This document shows, piece by piece, positions 10,016-19,427 of a DNA stretch of 64,000 bases. The DNA is from Desulfobacterales bacterium (GTDB lineage Bacteria; Desulfobacterota; Desulfobacteria; Desulfobacterales; UBA5852). The stretch is from the NCBI GenBank assembly GCA_963674755.2, contig CAXXVS010000001.1, positions 864,001-928,000 on the forward strand, in the 5' to 3' direction. Each line of letters starts with the position of its first letter. The first letter of the stretch is position 1. The notes under the pieces were generated by a model. The model saw only the letters and a program-made list of their open reading frames with translations, ran no database searches and was not told the origin of the DNA. The position numbers and the translations under genes are program-made.

Positions 10016-10079
10016 TATGGGTGTACGACGCCTCATGCTTTTATAGGCTATAGGTGGGTAGGCTGTTGGGGAAAGCGTT

Positions 10080-10330
10080 GCGTTCATTGAGTTTTTTGGG
10101 TTTGTTGAGTTGTTGCAAATTAGGAGGGCGGGGCACGTAGATGAAAGGCTGTAGGCTGTTAGCCTATTAGGCTGCAGGCTGTATGGGATAGACCTGGAAA
10201 TTATTGACATTTGGTTAACTTAAGTCTTCTTGGAATCGTCGCTAAATCCAAAGCACCAGTAAACACAACGAACCCAACAAACTCAATGAAACCAACAAAC
10301 CCAACAAACCAAATCCCCTCAACAAACTCG
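10080..10330. repeat. Inverted pair of AACYCAAYN 9-mer arrays with AGGCTGT 7-mers between them
   Basis: Reverse array at about 10080-10115; forward array at about 10262-10330. Confidence 0.8.
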
Positions 10331-10375
10331 AATTTTCCTACAGCCGAACGGGCTTCAGTCTATCCCCCTGTCTTT

Positions 10376-10750
10376 TTACCATTCATTGTAAGGGGTGCCT
10401 TCCAAACTCACCTTATGGCTGCCGCTGTGGACGTCATAGACATTGCCCTCGGCAAAGCCCTCCGGTGGGATGGTAATCCAGGTGTCGGAACTTCCGGTAA
10501 AAGGGTCTATCGGGATTTGGCGGATGTACTTGTCTGTTTCCAGGTCCTGGAGGCTGTCCGGGTAGCGGCCGTGGTCGGCGTAATACTGGTCAATGGTGTC
10601 CCGCAGGATGAAAAGGGTGCGGTGCAGGTTGGTTTCCTTGGCGCGGATCAGGGATCGTTGAAAACTGGGCATGGCTATGGTGGCCAGGATACTGATGATG
10701 GAGATGACGATCATCATCTCGATCAGGGTGTACCCTTGCCTGTCTCTCAT
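10376..10750 (-). CDS. GspG-like pseudopilin
   Basis: QG|YTLIEMMIV N-methylation site; YPDSLQDL...IPIDPFT. Confidence 0.9.
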   Translation of the reverse strand: MRDRQGYTLIEMMIVISIISILATIAMPSFQRSLIRAKETNLHRTLFILRDTIDQYYADHGRYPDSLQDLETDKYIRQIPIDPFTGSSDTWITIPPEGFAEGNVYDVHSGSHKVSLEGTPYNEW

Positions 10751-10808
10751 TGTTGTAACGCCGTACGTTTTGATTGTGTTAGTGTACATTTAAAGACTTT
10801 TTTATGGG

Positions 10809-11051
10809 ACGCAGATGAACACAGATAGACACAGATGTTTGCTTATAAATACAAAAAAGATTTAACCATGAAGAACTTGAAGTTCATGAAGAAATCAATT
10901 TGTCTATGACAAATTGATTTGCTCAAGGAAAAATTCGTTTATAGCATTTCACCTCATGGGGCGAGATCTTTGGGTTTCGATATGTTTCTTCAAGTCCTTC
11001 ATGCTCTTCATTGTGGAAACGGGTTTGTTAAATCAGTGAAAATCCGTGTTC
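10809..11051. repeat. Nested inverted short tandem arrays (ACACAGAT outer, CATGAAG inner) around a perfect hairpin
   Basis: Outer arms 10809-10836 / 11032-11051; inner arms 10865-10891 / 10988-11014; 13-bp hairpin 10892-10920. Confidence 0.8.
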
Positions 11052-11070
11052 AGCAACTCTCTATTCACTT

Positions 11071-11559
11071 TCACCAATCCCGGTAATAGGTTCCGTCCAG
11101 CGCCTGCTCCTCGCTTTGGGAATAGACGTCGTAGACATCCTGCCCCCCCCAGATGTCGCTGCCCGGGCTGTCGACATAGGAGCGCAACCCCCATTCCCCA
11201 TCTTCAGTCATGGGATCCTTGGGGATCCGGCGCAGGAACTTGAGCTTGATGGGATCGGGATCGTTGCTGTCGACACCTTCCACCAGGATGTCCAAATTGG
11301 GTGGATAGCCGGTGCCGTCCACGGTAAGCGCAATGCGCCCGTCGTCCACCATTTTTTTGTATTGATCAATGGCGTCCCGAATGATCCGCAGATTCTGGCG
11401 CAGTTCGATTTCCTTGGTGCGTTTGTAGGTCATCACGGAAAGGGGCAGGATACCACTCACCAGAATGGTGAGAATCCCCATGGCGACGATCAGCTCGATC
11501 AAGGTAACGCCAGTTGCATTGCGGCCAGCGCCGCCGCCTATCAGCTGCCGAGGGCCCAT
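11071..11559 (-). CDS. Pseudopilin
   Basis: TG|VTLIELIV N-methylation site; KEIELRQNLRIIRDAID and FLRRIPKDPMT. Confidence 0.9.
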   Translation of the reverse strand: MGPRQLIGGGAGRNATGVTLIELIVAMGILTILVSGILPLSVMTYKRTKEIELRQNLRIIRDAIDQYKKMVDDGRIALTVDGTGYPPNLDILVEGVDSNDPDPIKLKFLRRIPKDPMTEDGEWGLRSYVDSPGSDIWGGQDVYDVYSQSEEQALDGTYYRDW

Positions 11560-13847
11560 TGACGGTCCACCACATGGATATCGCGGGGAAATTCACGCCG
11601 GGCACGCAGCTGGTTGCAGATAGCGTCGGCGTGGGCCTCATCGCGGTAACTCCCGACGAAAATGCGATGAAAAAGGCCTTTTTGGGGAATCCGGGCGGGG
11701 ATCATAAAGCATTCATAATGCAGTGCCGTCAGCTGCCGGGCCCGTTTTTCCGCTTCCTGGCGGTCAAGGTAAGACCCCACATGAATACTGTAGCGCGCGT
11801 TGTCCGGCCAGGTGGTTCCAAAAACCGTTGCGGCCTGAGGTTTGCCGGCGGACAAGGCCTCCGGTGGCGGTTCAGACGGCAAGGCCGCCGCAGGCGCATC
11901 CTTGCTATCCGGCACTGCCTTGGACAGCGGCGGCGTTTCTGGAACTGCTTCGCTGGGTGGGGCTGCCTCGGGTTCGGGTGACGGCATGAATTCCTGGATG
12001 CCTTCCTCCGGCGTCTCACGGAATTGCGGCTCTTTATCGCTGCCGTAAGGTGCGTCCAGGGACCAGCGGTCCTCGCTGCCGGACCAGATTTCGGTGGCTT
12101 CCGTTCCGGGGATTTCCTGGCTGCGGATCACCACCGGGGTTATGACCATCAAAACGTCTGTTTTGGTCTCATCGTCGTTGTGGTTGGAGAATAGGCTGCC
12201 AATGGCCGGAAAATCGCCGACGCCCGGAATTTTGCGGACGGTCCGGCGTTCGTTATTGTTGATCAGGCCCCCGATAATGACCGTTTCGCCGTCACGCAGG
12301 GTGAGAACACTCTGGGCGGTGCGGGTGCGGATGGGGATCTGTGGGTTTAAAGGGTCGGGGCTGATGTTTTCGCCCAGGGCGCTGACTTCCAGCAGGAGCT
12401 TAAGGGTGACTTCGTCATTCATGTTGATGACGGGCATGGCTTCCATTTTAACACCCACATCGGTGTACTGGTAATCCTGCGTGGTATCCCCGGTATTGGA
12501 GTCGATCCGCCGGTTGACGATCAGCGGTACGCGCTCGCCCAACAGGATCGAGGCCTTTTCGGCGTTAACCACCCGTAGCTTCGGTTTGGCCAGAATCCGG
12601 GTGTCGCCATCCTGTTTCAGCAGGTTGAGGGTTGCCGAAGGCGTCGAGAGAATAATATCCTTGTCGGAGATCCGCTGGAGGGAATACAGGGAAATGTCGT
12701 TGACAAAGACGGTATCTTCACTCACCGCGTCTCCGGGAGCACCGATACCGAAGGTCAGACTCTCCGAAAACGTCAGGCCGATGTTTTCCTGCAGGGAGCG
12801 GGTGACTTCCAGGAATTCCACATCCAGTAATACCTCGGCCGGGGTGCCGTCGTTGGCCTGCAGGATCCGGCCGGCAATCTCGATCACCTCCCGGCTGCCA
12901 CGGATCACCACGGCGTTGATATTTTCGTTGGCAATGATGTCTTTGCTTTTGAGAATCTTGGAGAGCAATCCCACGGCCTGTTTGGCTTCGAGATTGGACA
13001 GATAAAAAGTTTTGATCTGCAGATCCTCGTATTCCTTGGCTTTCTGGGGCGTGTCCGGATAGATGATCATGGTTTTTTCGTTGACCAGGACCGCATTCAG
13101 GTCATTGGAGCGCAGCAGGACATCGATAAAACGGTCGAAGGACACGTCCGTCATGAACATGGTCACTTTATTGTTCTGGACCTCCTTGTCGAAAATGAAG
13201 TTGATGCCCGACAATTTGGTGAGGACTTCGAACACGTTGATGATGGGGGTGTTTTTAAACTTGAAGGATACCGGTGCTTCCGACTGGCCGTTGAGCTTAT
13301 AGGTACCGCTGTCGAGGTCTTTCTTGCGGTAGTAACTGAGAGCTTTTTGGGCGGGGGCATAGTTCGGGTCGAGCCGGGCGGCTTTCTCGAAGGCCCGGCG
13401 GGCCGGACCGAATTTTTGCGTCTTGAGGTAGTTTTGCCCCTGCTTGAAATAGTGGCGGGCATCCATGAGACGCCGGGCCTTTTCTTCCAACTCGGCGGCC
13501 TTTATATTGGCCGGATTCATGGCCATGCTGATGCGGAACTCGTTGATGGCTTCGTTGAACAATTCCTGTGACAGGTAGGATTCGCCTTTGAGCTGGTGCA
13601 TGCGGGAGGCTTCGAATTTCGAGCGGGCCAGCATCAAATTGATTTCCGTATTTTCCGGATCTTCTTCATGGGCTTTCTGAAAAAACCGCACGCTGTTGTC
13701 CCATTCACCGGCGTTGGCATACTTATGGCCCTGATTTAAATATTTATAGGTATCGGTCGCACAGCCGCCGGCAAGCATCAGCGTCAGGGCAAGACCGATG
13801 AATGCCGCCAGGCGATATGGATAGGTTCGGTACATTGGTTTCAGCAT
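11541..13847 (-). CDS. Lipoprotein secretin (GspD/PilQ family) with N-terminal TPRs and C-terminal SPOR-like domain
   Basis: Lipobox LAGGC; TPR helices; secretin motifs ILAKPKLRV, LRDGETVIIGGLI and KIPGVGDFPAIGSLF; Pro-rich linker; YSIHVGSY...HRIFVGSY; start moved to 13847. Confidence 0.9.
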   Translation of the reverse strand: MLKPMYRTYPYRLAAFIGLALTLMLAGGCATDTYKYLNQGHKYANAGEWDNSVRFFQKAHEEDPENTEINLMLARSKFEASRMHQLKGESYLSQELFNEAINEFRISMAMNPANIKAAELEEKARRLMDARHYFKQGQNYLKTQKFGPARRAFEKAARLDPNYAPAQKALSYYRKKDLDSGTYKLNGQSEAPVSFKFKNTPIINVFEVLTKLSGINFIFDKEVQNNKVTMFMTDVSFDRFIDVLLRSNDLNAVLVNEKTMIIYPDTPQKAKEYEDLQIKTFYLSNLEAKQAVGLLSKILKSKDIIANENINAVVIRGSREVIEIAGRILQANDGTPAEVLLDVEFLEVTRSLQENIGLTFSESLTFGIGAPGDAVSEDTVFVNDISLYSLQRISDKDIILSTPSATLNLLKQDGDTRILAKPKLRVVNAEKASILLGERVPLIVNRRIDSNTGDTTQDYQYTDVGVKMEAMPVINMNDEVTLKLLLEVSALGENISPDPLNPQIPIRTRTAQSVLTLRDGETVIIGGLINNNERRTVRKIPGVGDFPAIGSLFSNHNDDETKTDVLMVITPVVIRSQEIPGTEATEIWSGSEDRWSLDAPYGSDKEPQFRETPEEGIQEFMPSPEPEAAPPSEAVPETPPLSKAVPDSKDAPAAALPSEPPPEALSAGKPQAATVFGTTWPDNARYSIHVGSYLDRQEAEKRARQLTALHYECFMIPARIPQKGLFHRIFVGSYRDEAHADAICNQLRARREFPRDIHVVDRQWALGS

Positions 13848-13964
13848 GGCTGATTTCCCATAGGGGGCTTCATCATAAAGCCGATATTTTTTTGCCAGGC
13901 TCAGGGCCGGTCCTTTTGTAAAAACCATAATGATTTCTATAGCATGAAAAATAATGGAATTCCA

Positions 13965-14150
13965 GACACCCCTTGCCCGGCTGCGCGCCGGCGCCTCAGG
14001 TCGAAATGCGGCCTTGGCCGCCCGCGCGGCATTGCGCATCTGCTCCGGTGGGCTGAGGTGGGCCACCCCCTCTCGCGAAATAGCGCCTCCCCTGTGGTTG
14101 CAGTGGGTTGCGCATCGGGCGGGAAGCGTTGCCCCACGGCCCGTTAGGTT
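13965..14150 (+). repeat. Dispersed element, family B, copy 1
   Basis: GGCGCCTCAGGTCGAAATGCGGCCTTGGCCGCCCGCGCGGCATT..CTCGCGAAAT..CCACGGCC, shared with 45320-45500. Confidence 0.75.
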
Positions 14151-14161
14151 TGCCACGGCCG

Positions 14162-14695
14162 CTACGACTCGTCGAAATCGATTGTCAGGGGTTTTGACAG
14201 TCCCTTGGCCGTTATGGTGATCGATTTATCGGTCAGGTCCGTTATGGTATATTTACCATCGATCCGGTCGCCCCGGGTAACGACCAGGACCTGTTTGCCC
14301 CTTTCCAAAAAAAGGTAGATGTCATCCCCATACCGGTAAGAACCAAAAGTCTTGAAGCGGCGAAGCTGGTCCTGAATGATGTCGCGTTCCGTTTTGGGCG
14401 GCGGCTGGGGAGCGGATGCCCGGGGTTTAATCGCTTTTTCAGGGGAGGCCGCTGCCTTCGGTGGCTGAAATAAATCGCGCTGAATCGTGATGTTGTACTT
14501 GGGGGGCGACTCCAAAAGAGCGAGGTGAAGCTCCGTTCCGGAAGCGCTTGCCGACGGGGGCGGCGTTACCCTGGTGGCACGGGCATATGGCAAGCGGCCG
14601 ACGGTCGCCTGCTCGAAGGGGTTCGTCAGACGGTAGGCCAGGGCAAGCGCCAGCGCCACCAGAAGGCCCATTAATATTTTTTGTTTGCGCGGCAT
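14162..14695 (-). CDS. PilP/GspC-like platform protein
   Basis: N-terminal TM, RDLF motif, VVTRGDRIDGKYTI beta domain; positioned between pilO-like gene and secretin. Confidence 0.65.
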   Translation of the reverse strand: MPRKQKILMGLLVALALALAYRLTNPFEQATVGRLPYARATRVTPPPSASASGTELHLALLESPPKYNITIQRDLFQPPKAAASPEKAIKPRASAPQPPPKTERDIIQDQLRRFKTFGSYRYGDDIYLFLERGKQVLVVTRGDRIDGKYTITDLTDKSITITAKGLSKPLTIDFDES

Positions 14696-14823
14696 CTATC
14701 TCGTCAGCGTCTCTTCTTAGGTTTGAATTTTACGGGGGCCCCAATCGCAGGGCCTTGACTGAAATCAAAATCTACCCGTTCTGGACGCACACAAGTTAAC
14801 GCATGTCCGTCCCCCTCAAGCAT

Positions 14824-15390
14824 CTATGGCTTAGGCGGCTTTTGCTCGTCGCGGAAATAAGCCGAGAGTTCCAATTCCATTTCCAGGGGTTTGCCGCCCT
14901 TTGGCTGCCTTATTTCCAGCCGTTGAATACAAAGCAAACCGGGCATCGCTTGCAAGTCACCGATGAACCGTTTGAAATCACCGTATTCTCCCGCGATCCG
15001 TAATGTGGTGGTAAATCGGACCAGATTTTGTTCTTTATCCGGATCCGCCCGAAAGGACAGATCTTCAGCGCTGAGTCGGTAGCGGTTGAGCATTTGTTTT
15101 AGCTGCTGAATGCGTTCGGGAAACGCGAATTTTTCGGGAAGAAAGCTCTCGAACGCCGTCCAGGCCTTCTGCATGGATTGAAATTCCCGGATGGCGGCCT
15201 GCTGTTTGCGCAACGCCATAACTTCTTTGCGTTTCGCCTGGAAGCGATTTTGAAGCAGCGTGGTCTGGCTGGATCCGGAAGCAATGAAAACGGCATAGAA
15301 AAGGATATTGACCAACAGTAAGACGCTGCAAACGATCCAGAAAGTGCGGTAGGATCTGATGATATCAAAAAGGCGACCGCGCGGTTTCAT
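14824..15390 (-). CDS. PilO/GspM-like protein
   Basis: TM plus coiled coil plus GEYGDFKRFIGDLQ ferredoxin-like motif. Confidence 0.8.
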   Translation of the reverse strand: MKPRGRLFDIIRSYRTFWIVCSVLLLVNILFYAVFIASGSSQTTLLQNRFQAKRKEVMALRKQQAAIREFQSMQKAWTAFESFLPEKFAFPERIQQLKQMLNRYRLSAEDLSFRADPDKEQNLVRFTTTLRIAGEYGDFKRFIGDLQAMPGLLCIQRLEIRQPKGGKPLEMELELSAYFRDEQKPPKP

Positions 15391-16049
15391 GGTTTGCCCC
15401 TTCGAACCTTCCCGGCGTTAACATCGGCCAGTGTCATCCAGAGTCCACCGTATTGTTTTTCCGGAAAGAGGGCCTCCAGGTTAAGCCTGCAGGTCATTTC
15501 AAAATGCATCCCGCTGCTGGCCCCGGCGCCCTTGGCCGCCGATGATTCAGGGCCAAAGTCCATGTTCTCGATGACCACCGATTGAAACAAGTTTGATTTT
15601 CCCAAAGCTTCCTGAAACCGTGTGATGGGTTCGACGGACGGCATGCGGCCGTTGATGCGGAAGGTTTTCAAGTCCTGGGAGGGGAGAAAGCGATCCAGGA
15701 CCACCTGGGGCGGGATCGCCTTTTCCAGTTCGTCCATGATGGTGATCCACGGAAAAATATCCAGCGCAATCAGATAATTGGCGTTCCGGATGCGATTTTG
15801 AAGTTCGCCCGCGGCCGCGGCATCAAACGTGGCGACGATTTCATCCTGTTTGACCAAGGCCTTGGCCTGTTGCTGCAAGTCGCCAATTTTAGCCTGGTAA
15901 TCCGACCGCTCGTTAAACGCCTGAAAGCCGTTTACCGCGTTAACCAGTGTAAAAATGGCCAAAAACAGGACGACACCGCCCAGGACCCCAAAAACAATGC
16001 GGCGATCCACGTGGTCGTGGGTGGTCAGGTTGATCTGGCTAAATTCCAT
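15387..16049 (-). CDS. PilN-like protein
   Basis: INL start, TM, WITIMDELEKAIPPQVVL and F..L.KSNLF motifs. Confidence 0.8.
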   Translation of the reverse strand: MEFSQINLTTHDHVDRRIVFGVLGGVVLFLAIFTLVNAVNGFQAFNERSDYQAKIGDLQQQAKALVKQDEIVATFDAAAAGELQNRIRNANYLIALDIFPWITIMDELEKAIPPQVVLDRFLPSQDLKTFRINGRMPSVEPITRFQEALGKSNLFQSVVIENMDFGPESSAAKGAGASSGMHFEMTCRLNLEALFPEKQYGGLWMTLADVNAGKVRRGKP

Positions 16050-16059
16050 GTTTATCCTG

Positions 16060-16203
16060 AAGGCGGCTTCGAAAAATGTCCAACCCACCCAAGGCGGGTA
16101 AATATCTGCGTTGCGCGGCTCTCTGCGTCACTGCGGCGTATTGGATATACGCCTCGTTCCTCGAATTTTGCGCGCCTTGATCTTGAATAGTTTACAAAGC
16201 CTT
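16060..16203 (+). repeat. Family A element
   Basis: Core CGTCACTGCGGCGTA..TACGCCTCGTTCCTCG..GCGCCTTGATCTTG; decayed terminal IR. Confidence 0.8.
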
Positions 16204-16258
16204 AACCCTTATCTAAAGCAAGCTACTTTATTATAGAAATTCATCGCCAGATGAATTT

Positions 16259-17194
16259 CTATTTGGCCAAACTCTGCGCAGCCCCGATGGCCGAGGCAAA
16301 AGACGACAGCTTCAACCGCTCCAGGGGCTGCGTCAAATCAAAATCGGACCCGATCAGCTCGCCTTCGTCCAGTATGTCGAGCCTGATGTCGATCAGGTTG
16401 CTCAGGACCTCCTTGAGCTCGGCATGATAGCCGACCTGGCTGCCGACGCACAATCGCGCGATGCGTTTGCCCGGGTTGGATTCCAGGTAATGCTGCATGG
16501 TCAGATCCACATCCTGAAAGAATTGTAAATCGGAAAAGCCCCGTTTGACGCCGTGAAAAAACGTCAGCCGGGCGCTTTCAAACACCAGGAAACAAAAATA
16601 GTTGTCGAAAAGCCCCAGAAAGGCGTGGTTCTCCTGGGGGGGGAGGCTGGGGGCGAAAAAGTTGTACAGATTGATGCCGGCCGGCCGCACAATGCGCGTG
16701 TCGATATTCAAACGGGCCAGAAGGTCTTCATACTGCCGGATCACATCGCGCATGGCCAGCGTAACTAAGAGATGCGTCGCACCGGAGGCATCGCTGCCAA
16801 TAACCTGATAGGAAATCTTGGTGTTTTCGATGGGGAAATGAAACGATTTCTCAAGACTCCAGGAGATCAATTTTTCGATTTCCGCTTTTGAATCCGGCAG
16901 CCTCGGATATCCGCGCAGGAGCATGCGCACGATTTCACTGGGCAGGGACAGGCTGATCGAGCGGGGCGCGTCATCGAATTCGGTCATCAGCCGTTGGACG
17001 GCTTCCGCAAAGAGTTCCGGTGCAACGACGTTTGGGCTTTTGAAAGAAGGTTTGATGGTCCCCTCGGGCAGCGGGATGCTGGCACTCTTGACCAGGCGCA
17101 TGGTCCGGCCGGATCGTTCCACCAGGGCCACCCGAATAGCGCCGGGCGCGATTTCCATGCCGGTAAAGCGCCGATTGAGGGAAAACATCATCAA
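16259..17194 (-). CDS. PilM-like actin-fold assembly protein
   Basis: GMEIAPGAIRVA N-terminus, FASAIGAA C-terminus, operon position. Confidence 0.8.
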   Translation of the reverse strand: MMMFSLNRRFTGMEIAPGAIRVALVERSGRTMRLVKSASIPLPEGTIKPSFKSPNVVAPELFAEAVQRLMTEFDDAPRSISLSLPSEIVRMLLRGYPRLPDSKAEIEKLISWSLEKSFHFPIENTKISYQVIGSDASGATHLLVTLAMRDVIRQYEDLLARLNIDTRIVRPAGINLYNFFAPSLPPQENHAFLGLFDNYFCFLVFESARLTFFHGVKRGFSDLQFFQDVDLTMQHYLESNPGKRIARLCVGSQVGYHAELKEVLSNLIDIRLDILDEGELIGSDFDLTQPLERLKLSSFASAIGAAQSLAK

Positions 17195-18921
17195 CCGTCC
17201 ATCTCCACAAAGGTGACCCGGTTGGCTTCCCGGAGGGTGGTGACACCGTTGAAGACTTCCTGCAAGGCGGCCCGTCGCAGGAAGACCGTTCCGGATTCAC
17301 GGGCTTTCTGTTTGATCGCCGTAAGACGGGAGCGCGTGATGAAAAGCTCGCGCATTTCATCGTCCATTTCCATGATTTCGATGACCGCCTTGCGTCCCCG
17401 GTACCCGGTCCCCTGACAGCGCTCGCAGCCCTTGGCCGCATAGAAGGTGTAGCCCTTGACAAGCTTGGGGGTCAACCCGGATTCCATGAGTTCGGCTTCA
17501 TCGGGGCGGTAAACGGATTTGCACTCGCACAGCGTCCGGATGAGGCGCTGGGAGGCGATGCAGTTCAGGGCGGCCATCAGGTTTTCGGTCTGGATGCCCA
17601 TGTGCATGAAGCGGTTGATCACATCGAAGGAGCGGTTGGCATGGACGGTTGTGAACACCATGTGGCCGGTAAGGGCGGATTGGAGGGCGATCTGGGCGGT
17701 CTCGGGATCCCGGATCTCTCCCACCAGGATCTTGTCGGGGTCGTGGCGCAGGATTGAGCGCAGCCCCTTGGCAAAGGTCAGGCCTTTTTTTTCATTGACC
17801 GGTATCTGGACGATGCCCTCGAGCTGGTATTCCACCGGGTCTTCGATGGTGATGATTTTGGTGTCCTTGCTGTTGATTTCGGAAAGGGCGCCATAAAGGG
17901 TCGTGGTCTTGCCGCTGCCGGTGGGCCCCGTCATGAGGAACATGCCGTAGGGCGCGTGGATCATGCGCCGGATGCGGAGCTGTTCGTATTCGGCAAATCC
18001 GATGTTGTCCAGTTTGAAGGTACCGTGACGGCCGGAAAGGCTCTCCCGGTCCAGAATCCGGATGACGGCATCTTCGCCAAAGATGGTGGGCAGGATGGAA
18101 ATCCGAAAATCAATGTAGCGATCGGATACATTCAGCTTGAAGCGCCCGTCCTGGGGGATGCGCTTTTCGGAAATATCGAGCTCGGACATGACCTTGATGC
18201 GGCTGATAATCGGGCTTTGATGTTTGGCATCGATGGGATTGGTGGCCTGGTGGAGCATGCCGTTGATCCGGTAGCGGATGATGATGCCCTTGCTCGTGGT
18301 TTCGATGTGAATGTCGCTGGCCTTTTTATTGATGGCATCCAGAATCGTGGAGTCCACCAGTTTGACAATGGGACTTTCTTCGGCGGACACCTTTTCAGCA
18401 CTGAGGGTGTATTCCCCCTGGTCGGACTCCCGGACCACCGACAGCCGCATGTCATCGGTGGGGCTGTCAATCATGCTGCGGGAGGACTTGATGCGGTTGA
18501 TGGCTTTCTTGATATTGCGCTCGCTGGCGACAACGGCGGAAACCTCCGTGTCGGTCAGCATTTCCAGTTCGTCCACCAGTTTGAGCAGGTTTTTGGGCTC
18601 CGCCATGGCGATGGTCAGATGCTCGCCGGATTTGCGGTAGGGAACGAATTTGTAGCGTGCCATCAGATCCACCGGCACCATGTTGGCCAAGGCGTCCGGA
18701 ATGGCAGCGTCCAGCTTGACGTAGCGGTAGGAGAACTGGGCCGCCATGATTTGCGCCAGATCTTCTTCATCGATCAGGCCTTCCTCGAGGCACAGCTGTC
18801 CGATCATCTGCTTGGAGATGTTTTTCTTGGACAGGATATACTTCAGGTCATCCTGGGTCATGAAGCCGAGCTTCAGGGCCCAGTCACCGAAGCGGAGTTG
18901 GCGGTAGGCTTTGGGTGGCAT
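17191..18921 (-). CDS. GspE/PilB assembly ATPase
   Basis: ASDIHIE, RIPQDGR, GPTGSGKTTT, TIEDPVE, LRHDPD..LVGEIRD and Cys zinc motifs. Confidence 0.95.
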   Translation of the reverse strand: MPPKAYRQLRFGDWALKLGFMTQDDLKYILSKKNISKQMIGQLCLEEGLIDEEDLAQIMAAQFSYRYVKLDAAIPDALANMVPVDLMARYKFVPYRKSGEHLTIAMAEPKNLLKLVDELEMLTDTEVSAVVASERNIKKAINRIKSSRSMIDSPTDDMRLSVVRESDQGEYTLSAEKVSAEESPIVKLVDSTILDAINKKASDIHIETTSKGIIIRYRINGMLHQATNPIDAKHQSPIISRIKVMSELDISEKRIPQDGRFKLNVSDRYIDFRISILPTIFGEDAVIRILDRESLSGRHGTFKLDNIGFAEYEQLRIRRMIHAPYGMFLMTGPTGSGKTTTLYGALSEINSKDTKIITIEDPVEYQLEGIVQIPVNEKKGLTFAKGLRSILRHDPDKILVGEIRDPETAQIALQSALTGHMVFTTVHANRSFDVINRFMHMGIQTENLMAALNCIASQRLIRTLCECKSVYRPDEAELMESGLTPKLVKGYTFYAAKGCERCQGTGYRGRKAVIEIMEMDDEMRELFITRSRLTAIKQKARESGTVFLRRAALQEVFNGVTTLREANRVTFVEMDG

Positions 18922-18927
18922 TGTTAC

Positions 18928-19113
18928 CTAGTGCCCATCCGTAAATGGCATCTTTTGGCTCCTGGCCCGCCGTCGATGGATCAATCCATCTTTGGCGGAC
19001 AAGTCGGCGTTCTTGCCTCCTGTCGGTCCTCGGCGTAGCCGGGCTACGCCTGTGGGCGCCAATCGGCTGCGGCCTTGCCAGGAACCAAAATCTACCATCT
19101 CTGGACGGACATT
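18928..19113 (+). repeat. Family C element
   Basis: Same termini and core as 1465-1610, with an internal insertion. Confidence 0.85.
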
Positions 19114-19126
19114 ACCAATGGTTGTC

Positions 19127-19246
19127 GGTTTCGCTAAATGTCCAACCCGCCAGAGGCGAGTAAATCTCTGCGTCCCTCGTTATTGCGGCGTACGAAAGTA
19201 CACCTCATACCTCCGAACGCGAGCGCCTTGACCTTTTTTGGAAACC
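19127..19246 (+). repeat. Family A element (degenerate)
   Basis: CTCGTTATTGCGGCGTACGAAAGTACACCTC..GCGCCTTGACCTT. Confidence 0.7.
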
Positions 19247-19427
19247 TCTTGCTAAGGGTTATTTGCCCTCTTCTAACTTATAAAGTTCTTCGTGGCACAC
19301 CTTTACAAAGGGACATAGATGAGCGCTGATGGAGATAGATGTAATATAGAGATATCAAATGATTTCAGATATAGCATTAAATTTGAAAATTTTCTTCATG
19401 CTCTTCATGGTGAAAGATTTTTGGCCG

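Noticed and set aside
13848..14156. 103-aa N-terminal extension of the secretin
   Set aside because: It runs through a family B repeat and would bury the lipoprotein signal; start at 13847 or 13835 is more plausible
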